Shown here piece after piece: positions 1 to 6,725 of a stretch of 14,504 nt of DNA; the stretch's first letter is position 1, and every line of letters begins with the position of its first letter. A program made the position numbers and the translations under genes. The notes beneath the pieces were generated by a model. The model had not been told where the DNA came from. It worked only from the letters and a program-made list of their open reading frames with translations, and searched no databases. This stretch comes from Elainellaceae cyanobacterium. Lineage in GTDB: Bacteria > Cyanobacteriota > Cyanobacteriia > CAZCXK01. The stretch lies in the NCBI GenBank assembly GCA_051117555.1, contig JBNPEG010000163.1:1-14504 (forward strand), read 5' to 3'.

Positions 1-59
1 GGAGGCTCTATGAAATCTACACAGCAAGCTTGGAGGCTTGAGGTTGGGTTCGGAGTCCT

Positions 60-96
60 CCCCTCAGCGATATGCTTTTAGGATAAATCCGAGGGG
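60..96. repeat. Interrupted palindrome resembling an IS200/IS605-type terminal or REP hairpin
   Basis: CCCCTC (60-65) plus GGATAAATCCGAGGGG (81-96) gives the perfect 10-bp stem CCCCTCGGAT-AA-ATCCGAGGGG once 66-80 is removed. The resemblance to IS200/IS605 ends is from memory. Confidence 0.55.
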
Positions 97-113
97 CGTA
101 CCGCTTATATACA

Positions 114-188
114 AGGTTGGGTTAGCGTTAGCGTAACCCAACGAAACCCAAGCCAGCGTTGGGTTTCACGTTGTTCAACCCAACCTAC
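114..188. repeat. Inverted REP doublet, GTAG-type (GTAGGTTGGGTT...AACCCAAC)
   Basis: Left unit is AGGTTGGGTT-AGCGTTAGCGT-AACCCAAC (114-142). Right unit is GTTGGGTT-TCACGTTGTTC-AACCCAACCTAC (158-188), which starts GTAG on the - strand. Each unit is a hairpin and the two are inverted relative to each other. Confidence 0.8.
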
Positions 189-195
189 AAGATCT

Positions 196-276
196 GGGAG
201 TGCGTTTGCCCTGGCAATGCGGAGCATAACGTTTCGCTCGCGTCCCCCTATACACGCGACCGAGGACGGTCGCACT
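196..276. repeat. Second REP-like doublet carrying a ~23-nt insertion
   Basis: Right hairpin is GCGACCG-AGGA-CGGTCGC (256-273). The left hairpin GCGAACG-TTT-CGCTCGC and the outer pairing AGTGCGA/TCGCACT form when 205-227 is removed. Inner CGCGT (239-243) pairs with ACGCG (254-258). Confidence 0.65.
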
Positions 277-350
277 GACACGAAAACCTAAACGCTCTCG
301 GATTCAGATAGCGTAAGGTGGGCACCGCCTGGTACTTAATTACACAAAGT

Positions 351-1922
351 TTAGCTCGTGCTAATTTCGGGGACGCTGAGTTCTTCCGCACTACACCAGA
401 TCATTTCGTCATAATCATCGATATTGACAATCGGGAGAATACAATACTCCCAACTTTGAGCTGTTGGGTCGATCGCCAACCCTACCACATAGGCAAATCG
501 CCCGTCTTCCAATTTAACTCGCTGCCCTAGAACAAAGTCAGGACGAGCTGCGGTGATCGGCAGTTGATGGTGTTCGAGATTAAATAGTTGAGCTTCTAGA
601 TAAATTCGATAGAGATTATTTCGCATGATAATGCGATCGCCCTCTCGCTTGACGATACCTAAATTCTCTAGTTTGTAGGTAATATGAGTCTCAAAATAGA
701 CATTGCCATCGGTTGCAATAATCTGGCTGACAGCCGACAACAGATCAGGCTGACTTCGCAACTGATTAAACATTTCACCGAGATGAGCTTGATAAATACC
801 GCTAGGCGTAGCAGCGTCGTTGAGTAGCTGCCCCAGCGAGACTCCATCTTGGCAGAGATGATAGAGCGCAAGCCGGATGAGATACGGATGCCCACCCACA
901 AGAGCCATCAAATCGTTGGCATGATGGCTGATATGCCAATCGAAGCCGTGGCGTTTAGCAAGTTCTTTGACTTGATTGATATTGAATTCGGGAAGATGGA
1001 TAGATAGCCCAACATTAAACGGGGATTGATGAATACTTAAATTAAGATATTCTTCAGTCGAATGCACAACCAGCAATCGCAGCTTTTGAAATTGTTCGAC
1101 TTGTTTGGCTTCTTCGTACCACGATCGCAGCAGGGGTAAGATTTCTTGGGCGATCGCCTGGTGTTTGAAAATTCGATTCACTTCGTTGAGTGCCAAAACG
1201 AGGGGAGTATCACTTTTTGGCAACACATATTCTTGGAGATAGAGCGTGCAACTGACCTTACTCCCAGAGGCTGTATCCCAGTAGTCGTCGAGGCGAGGCT
1301 CTAAATTGAGTCTGCGGCTGATTAGCGTGGCAAACCAGCGAAGAAACCGATCGAGGTTGAAAAACACGTCTTCATCAGCCTGCTGGAAATCTAGCCAAAC
1401 CGTTCGATACTGAAGCGTTGCCGCATACGATAGGATGCGCAACATCAACGAATTTTTTCCGGTCTTCCGATGGCTTTTAATCCGAATGAGGGCGCCTGGT
1501 TTAGTCACCTCGATGTACGCATGCTGCTCGATGGGAGAACGAGCGACGTAGTAATGAGAACTTAAGGGCACCGGACCGGCAGGAAACTCTGGAAACGTTG
1601 ACGACAAACTTTCAGAATAGCGTCTGCCTAGATATGCGGGCTCTAAGTTAGCAGTTGAATGATTGATCAGATACCGACTGATTGATGATTTGAGGTTGTT
1701 TTTGGTGACTCGCTCATCCAGCGCATCTGAGAGACGTTTCCAGAGTTTGGACCCAACATCCCTCAAGTAACTCTCTTCATATCCTTCCTCAGAGGCAATT
1801 TCTGAGTACGTGCGCCCATCCCAAGCTTGGCGCAGCACCCGAAGCTGGATATCGCTGAGTACGGGATCACCTAAAATCTGATGAAGCTCGACCATTAAGT
1901 TGTCAAATTCAATCTCGCTCAT
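351..1922 (-). CDS. HTH + AAA-like (AAA_35, STAND-like) domain protein with C-terminal extension, ~523 aa
   Basis: N-terminal HTH-like block (VLRQAWDGRTYSEIASEEGYEESYLRDVGSKLWKRLS). AAA_35-type motifs FPAGPVPLSSHYYVAR, SPFNVGLSIHLPEF and LVGGHPYLIRLALY. Start moved from 2060 to the ATG at 1922, which has GAGG 8 nt upstream; the ATG at 1928 is an alternative. The preceding AT-rich codons look non-coding. Confidence 0.85.
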   Translation of the reverse strand: MSEIEFDNLMVELHQILGDPVLSDIQLRVLRQAWDGRTYSEIASEEGYEESYLRDVGSKLWKRLSDALDERVTKNNLKSSISRYLINHSTANLEPAYLGRRYSESLSSTFPEFPAGPVPLSSHYYVARSPIEQHAYIEVTKPGALIRIKSHRKTGKNSLMLRILSYAATLQYRTVWLDFQQADEDVFFNLDRFLRWFATLISRRLNLEPRLDDYWDTASGSKVSCTLYLQEYVLPKSDTPLVLALNEVNRIFKHQAIAQEILPLLRSWYEEAKQVEQFQKLRLLVVHSTEEYLNLSIHQSPFNVGLSIHLPEFNINQVKELAKRHGFDWHISHHANDLMALVGGHPYLIRLALYHLCQDGVSLGQLLNDAATPSGIYQAHLGEMFNQLRSQPDLLSAVSQIIATDGNVYFETHITYKLENLGIVKREGDRIIMRNNLYRIYLEAQLFNLEHHQLPITAARPDFVLGQRVKLEDGRFAYVVGLAIDPTAQSWEYCILPIVNIDDYDEMIWCSAEELSVPEISTS

Positions 1923-2364
1923 GCACATTGCCTCATGAGTTTTAGTGTTTGAGTTTCCTCTATGTTTGATTGATATGCATTGTTTTAGCACCTGACCAAT
2001 TAATCTGAAACTTCGATAATTACAAGCTGAGTGGCTATCAAAGTTGATTATTGATATCAACCATTTATTAAGGTAACTGTGAACTCTCTAGACTCTCTTG
2101 AAAAGCCCAACACTTTCCAACATTCAGGGCTATTTTTGGCTAGAAATATTAATAGGAAGGCATATTGAATGTTTGGTGATGTATGCCTGTGCTCAGATTA
2201 CTACCAAAGCAATTAATTTTATCCGGTTAGTTTTGAATTATTATCTATCGGGTCTTAGCAGTAGTTGCTCAATCTATTTAAGCCTGCAAGAATGGCGATC
2301 GCACACATCGACCGAAGTCTTCAGAAACCCCTAATTTGAATAATGTATTTTCTTAAAGAGGCGC

Positions 2365-2390
2365 TTTCTCGAAAGAAAATTTTCTCGAAA
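2365..2390. repeat. Direct repeat of near-palindromic TTTCTCGAAA, possible operator
   Basis: Identical 10-mers at 2365-2374 and 2381-2390 (16-bp period) in the AT-rich region between divergent genes. Confidence 0.5.
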
Positions 2391-2468
2391 AAGTGAATTC
2401 ATTTTTCATACTGACCTATTAATAATAATTTGATAGCAGAATATTTGTTGTATGACTCTTCCTTTTTT

Positions 2469-2502
2469 CGTAATATTCTGTGTAATATTCTGCGTAATAT
2501 TT
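2469..2502. repeat. 12-bp tandem repeat, ~3 copies
   Basis: CGTAATATTCTG, TGTAATATTCTG, CGTAATATTT. Confidence 0.85.
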
Positions 2503-2535
2503 AGTACGCTTCAACCAACCCCGGCATAAACTTAT

Positions 2536-2639
2536 TATTTGTAAATATTTCATGGAAAGGCAGATTAATATAGCAATCCCAAATCAACTATTTCAAATAT
2601 TTCACAGAAAGGCAGATCAATATAGCAATCTCAAATCAA
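2536..2639. repeat. Imperfect 52-bp tandem duplication including the MITE left end
   Basis: AAATATTTCA at 2543 and 2595, GAAAGGCAGAT in both copies, and TATAGCAATC at 2569 and 2621. Confidence 0.9.
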
Positions 2640-2976
2640 TTGTGGGAAAACCCAAAGGGAGTTGGCTGATTGACTGCCGCAAACCAAAATTTTGTCAGTC
2701 AATCGGGGGGCGTTGCCCCCTCCACTTTGTAGCCCACTCCAAGAGAAGCCGCTGCGCGTCTACACCCTAAATCCCTCTCTCCCAAAGCGGGCTACTGTGT
2801 ACACACAAGCCAAAGCGGGAGAGGGACTTCGATCCGGCTCCCCTTCTCCCTTCTTGGGAGTAGACTGTAGGGCGCGCGAAGCAGGGGTTGGGGGATGAGG
2901 GTAAATTTGCAACGGTGACATGTTCCCGGCAGGCGCCACCCGCCTCACTGCTCACCCCCCATCTGGGATTGCTATA
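2621..2976. mobile_element. Putative MITE (TA-bounded, IS630/Tc1-like ends), ~356 bp, non-autonomous
   Basis: Left end TATAGCAATCTCAAAT (2621-2636) and right end ATCTGGGATTGCTATA (2961-2976) match 14/16 as inverted repeats, and 15/16 using the upstream copy at 2569. The interior is GC-richer than the left flank, hairpin-rich, and has no transposase. Confidence 0.7.
2733..2901. repeat. Composite C-rich/G-rich double-hairpin repeat with three micro-insertions
   Basis: Hairpin TCCCTCTC(TC)CC-AAAGC-GGGAGAGGGA, hairpin CCCCTTCTCCC-TTCTT-GGGAG..AGGGG, and outer arms CCC..ACCCTAAAT / GTTGGGGGATGAGGG. Interrupted at ~2736-2763, 2792-2809 and ~2861-2882. Confidence 0.75.
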
Positions 2977-3177
2977 GCTTGACAAAAGTTTTCAACTCTA
3001 CAGTTGAGTAGGTGAGCGTGCTAGACCGTTTCTGAATAGAGAGTCTGATGAAAGACCGTAGTTTCGACTACAATTCATGATCGGGATTCACCTGAGTCGG
3101 CGATCGCAAATGTCGCTACGAATGCAATGAGTCTGATGTAGTGTCAAAGGATATAGCACCGTCTAGTCAAGACTTCG

Positions 3178-4218
3178 ATGATTGAAGCAGAACATCTCAG
3201 CAAAATTTATGGGTCGACTCCAGCCATCCAGGATGTCACCTTTGCCGTAGAGCCAGGGAAAATTCTGGGATTTCTGGGGCCAAACGGGGCGGGTAAAACT
3301 ACCACCATGCGGATCCTGACCGGATATTTACCGGCCACAACGGGCACTGCCCGCGTCGCTGGCTATGACGTCCACGAAGACTCAATGGCCGTGCGCCAGC
3401 GCATTGGTTATTTGCCGGAGACGCCTCCTCTGTATCCAGACATGACAGTGGAAGCGTTTTTATATTTTGTAGCTCGTATCAAAGGAATTTCGGCGGGCGA
3501 TCGCGCGAAGCAGATTGAATCTGCCATGGTTCGCTGCAACATTCTTGAAAAGCGCCATACGCTAATTGGCAAGCTTTCTAAGGGGTTCCGTCAACGGGTA
3601 GGCATTGCCCAGGCGATTGTGCATGATCCCCCTGTGATTATTCTGGATGAACCTACGGTTGGGCTTGATCCCCGTCAAATTATTGAGGTTCGCAACCTGA
3701 TCAAAAGCTTGGCCGGGGATCACACCATTATCTTATCGACTCATATTTTGCCCGAAGTAAGTATGACCTGCGATCGGATCACGATTATCAATCGAGGGCA
3801 GGTTGTCGCCACGAATACTCCGGATGAACTTGTGGCGCAGCTCACCGGCGGAGCGGGATATGAGCTAGAAGTAGAAGGGAATTTTGACGCGGTGAAGACT
3901 CGGCTCGAAACGATGCCAGGGATTCGCACCGTTGAAGCGAAAGCGGGCGATCGCCTGCCTGAATCGCACTATTCCATTTGGATTGGGCTAGAGGGTGAGA
4001 CGGATATCGGGCGAAACATTGCCGCAGTCGTCGTTGGCTCCGGCCTCGGGCTCTATCAAATGCGGCGAACTCAAGCCAGCTTAGAACAGGTTTTTCTAGA
4101 ACTGACGATGTCGGACAAAGCAGTTGAATCACCTGTCGAGTCAGAGGAGCCAGAGTCAGATCAGGTAAATTCAGATCAATCTAAGGCAGACTCTCACTCA
4201 GAAGGAGACGGAGACTAG
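3178..4218 (+). CDS. ABC transporter ATP-binding protein (ABC-2 type, GldA-like)
   Basis: Walker A GPNGAGKTT, signature LSKGFRQR, Walker B IILDEPT, H-loop LSTH, C-terminal SLEQVFLELT and an acidic tail. Confidence 0.95.
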   Translation: MIEAEHLSKIYGSTPAIQDVTFAVEPGKILGFLGPNGAGKTTTMRILTGYLPATTGTARVAGYDVHEDSMAVRQRIGYLPETPPLYPDMTVEAFLYFVARIKGISAGDRAKQIESAMVRCNILEKRHTLIGKLSKGFRQRVGIAQAIVHDPPVIILDEPTVGLDPRQIIEVRNLIKSLAGDHTIILSTHILPEVSMTCDRITIINRGQVVATNTPDELVAQLTGGAGYELEVEGNFDAVKTRLETMPGIRTVEAKAGDRLPESHYSIWIGLEGETDIGRNIAAVVVGSGLGLYQMRRTQASLEQVFLELTMSDKAVESPVESEEPESDQVNSDQSKADSHSEGDGD

Positions 4219-5007
4219 ATGGGGATCATTGTCGGCAATATTATTGCTATCTATCGCAAAGAGCTTCGCAGCTATTTTGTCTCACCGCTGGCTTATGTGA
4301 TTGCCGGAGTGTTTTGGCTATTGAGCGGCATCTTTTTCCTGTTTATTTTGCAGGGCGTTACGGCAGATGTTGCGTTGCGCGACCAGACCGGGGCGACTGC
4401 TCCAATCGACGTGCCCTATGAAATTTTGAGCAACTTTTTATGGTGGCTCGCAATTCTCTCACAATTTTTACTGCCCATGCTGTCGATGGGGCTTTATAGC
4501 GAAGAGAGAAAGCGGGGCACACTCGAGCTTTTGGCAACGTCGCCAGTGACGAACTGGGCAGTCGCAGCGGGTAAACTGCTGGGAGTTTTGACCTTCTATA
4601 TCACGATGGTGCTGCCGCTCATGGTCTATGAGGCGATCGCCCTAAGCGCGTCTGATCCTCCCGTGTCACCCACGTTAATGTTGGTGGGGCATCTAGGGCT
4701 AGTGTTGATGGGCGCAGCCATCTTGTCAATTGGGATGTTTCTGTCATCGCTCACCGACAGCACGATTTTGGCAGCCATTCTCACCTTTGCCGTGGTGCTG
4801 CTTTTATTGGTCGTCAACTGGATTGCAGCCGATGTGAGTGGGCCTGTGGGAGAGGCGATCGCCCATCTATCCCTGCTGCGCCACTACACCACTCTGGTGC
4901 AAGGCATTATCGACACCAGCGGCCTGATTCTGTTTGGTAGCTACATCGTGTTAGGTATTTTTCTGACGGCTCAAGCCATTGAAGCATTTAGATTTCAGCG
5001 ATCATAG
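4219..5007 (+). CDS. ABC-2 transporter permease (GldF-like)
   Basis: KELRSYFVSPLAY and SEERKRGTLELLATSP motifs with about six hydrophobic helices. The ATG directly follows the upstream TAG. Confidence 0.93.
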   Translation: MGIIVGNIIAIYRKELRSYFVSPLAYVIAGVFWLLSGIFFLFILQGVTADVALRDQTGATAPIDVPYEILSNFLWWLAILSQFLLPMLSMGLYSEERKRGTLELLATSPVTNWAVAAGKLLGVLTFYITMVLPLMVYEAIALSASDPPVSPTLMLVGHLGLVLMGAAILSIGMFLSSLTDSTILAAILTFAVVLLLLVVNWIAADVSGPVGEAIAHLSLLRHYTTLVQGIIDTSGLILFGSYIVLGIFLTAQAIEAFRFQRS

Positions 5008-5027
5008 GGATTGAGTAAACGGGTGAT

Positions 5028-6617
5028 ATGAAAACCGCATTTCATTGGAAGCGACTTAAATATGCATTCTGGCTTGGCCCAGTTTTGGTGATCATGGGGC
5101 TGACGGCTGGGCTGGTTGCCGGAGACTGGGGGCCGCTGCCTCTCGGTCTACTCATTGCTGGAATTGTGCTGGTCGGGTTATGGCTGATTTTGGAGAGCAC
5201 TACCCTGCCAGGCGTATGGCAGCGTCGTTCGACTCAGGCAGGAACCAATGCCCTCATCGCGACACTAGCGCTCATAGTCATTTTGGGGCTGGTGAATTTT
5301 TTGGCGGTTCGATATATCCAACGCATCGACCTCACCGAAAATCAGCTTTTTACTCTCGCACCTCAAACCCAAACCGTCATTGAGAATTTGCAGCAACCCG
5401 TCAAAATTTGGATTTTTGAGCAAACTCCCGATCCATTCGAGCGAGAACTTCTAGATAACGTTCGCCGCCAGAACGAGTTATTGAGCTATGAATATGTCGA
5501 TCCTCAGGTCGAACCCCAGATATCGAGCCGATTTGGGGTGCAGGCATTCGGAGAAGTGTATCTAGAATCTGGAGATGAGCAACGGCTGATCAAGCAGGGC
5601 AATAGTCCCGAACCGTTGTCAGAGCGACAATTAGCGAATGGGATTTTGCAAATCACGAGCGATCGCCAAACGAAGGTCTACTTCGTGCAAGGACATGGCG
5701 AAAAACCGCTCGAACCAGGGCAAAATGGCCTATCTCAGGCGATCGCTGAACTTCAGGACGAAAATTATATTACTGAACCGCTCAACTTAGCAGAAAGCCC
5801 TGGAGTGCCTGAGGATGCTAGCGTTATTGTCTTAGCGGGGCCGACTCAAGCCTTGCTCGATGCGGAAGTTCAAGCGTTGGACGCCTATCTCGATCGCCAA
5901 AGCGGACTCCTGCTGATGGTTGATCCAGGCGTTCAAACTGGGCTTGACGATCTATACGATGAGTGGAATCTTCGAATCACGAATCGGCTCATTATCGATC
6001 CGGGAAGTCGCCCGCCGACGGTGCCCATCATCAGTAATTACGGGGATCATCCAATCACGCAGGACTTTGCTAATAATTTTTCGCTCTACCCTGAGTCTCA
6101 GCCGATTGATTTGATTTCCGAACCCGAGGACATCACGGCGACTCCACTTCTGTTGACGAGCGATCGCGTTCAGACCGCTGAAATTGGTGAAGATGGAACG
6201 GTTCAGCTTGATCCCGACAGTCCGCCTGAGGGGCCGTTGGTGCTGGGTGCTGCCCTCAATCGCCCCGTCGAAGCCGATACACCATCTCCCGAGCAGTCTC
6301 CCGAAGCAGCAGACGACACTGAGGACGATGAGACTGCCGAATTTTCCCCAGAAGCTCGGCTCGTGGTGATTGGTAACTCAACGTTTGCCACCGATGGTTT
6401 GTTTGGTGAAGTCCTCAACGGGGATGTATTTCTCAATTCAGTAAGCTGGCTGAGTCAAGATGATGAGCAGATTCTCTCTATCCGCTCGAAGGAACCGACG
6501 AATCGCCGCATTATTCTCAATCAGCAACAACTAGTAATCATTGCCCTCACCGCAGTTGCAATCTTGCCTGTGCTTGGCTTTGGAGGGGCGATCGCCCTCT
6601 GGTTACGGCGGCGATAG
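5028..6617 (+). CDS. GldG-family ABC transporter auxiliary protein
   Basis: N-terminal TM helices, RIDLTENQLFTLAPQT, KVYFVQGHGEK, RLVVIGNSTF, NGDVFLNSVSWL and a C-terminal TM helix ending WLRRR. Confidence 0.92.
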   Translation: MKTAFHWKRLKYAFWLGPVLVIMGLTAGLVAGDWGPLPLGLLIAGIVLVGLWLILESTTLPGVWQRRSTQAGTNALIATLALIVILGLVNFLAVRYIQRIDLTENQLFTLAPQTQTVIENLQQPVKIWIFEQTPDPFERELLDNVRRQNELLSYEYVDPQVEPQISSRFGVQAFGEVYLESGDEQRLIKQGNSPEPLSERQLANGILQITSDRQTKVYFVQGHGEKPLEPGQNGLSQAIAELQDENYITEPLNLAESPGVPEDASVIVLAGPTQALLDAEVQALDAYLDRQSGLLLMVDPGVQTGLDDLYDEWNLRITNRLIIDPGSRPPTVPIISNYGDHPITQDFANNFSLYPESQPIDLISEPEDITATPLLLTSDRVQTAEIGEDGTVQLDPDSPPEGPLVLGAALNRPVEADTPSPEQSPEAADDTEDDETAEFSPEARLVVIGNSTFATDGLFGEVLNGDVFLNSVSWLSQDDEQILSIRSKEPTNRRIILNQQQLVIIALTAVAILPVLGFGGAIALWLRRR

Positions 6618-6725
6618 ATGGCAGCGATCGGGGCGATCAGGGGGGCATACCTAGTCAGGGTGAAATAGTCGTGTCGGCTGCCCATCACCAGCGGGATGAG
6701 TCAGGTTAAGAATGTCAAGATAGTC

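Noticed and set aside
10..81. 23-codon ORF (MKSTQQAWRL...) with GGAGG just upstream
   Set aside because: Very short, runs into repeat DNA, and has no recognisable motif.
1929..2060. N-terminal extension of the 569-aa ORF
   Set aside because: AT-rich and not domain-like, with a TTG start. A better ATG with an RBS lies at 1922.
2536..2639. Possible mini-CRISPR array
   Set aside because: It is a whole-unit tandem duplication with no unique spacers, and there are no cas genes in the window.
2098..2985. Short ORFs 2098-2334, 2552-2770, 2692-2898, 2760-2948 and 2767-2985
   Set aside because: They are translations of AT-rich intergenic or MITE/repeat DNA, with no transposase or other motifs.
2979..3004. 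TTGACA -35 box beside the MITE right end
   Set aside because: The nearest -10-like hexamer, TACAGT, is only 14 bp away, too close for a sigma70-type promoter.
3045..3080. Hammerhead ribozyme core (CTGATGA)
   Set aside because: There is no GAAA after a stem II and no stem III/UH arrangement.
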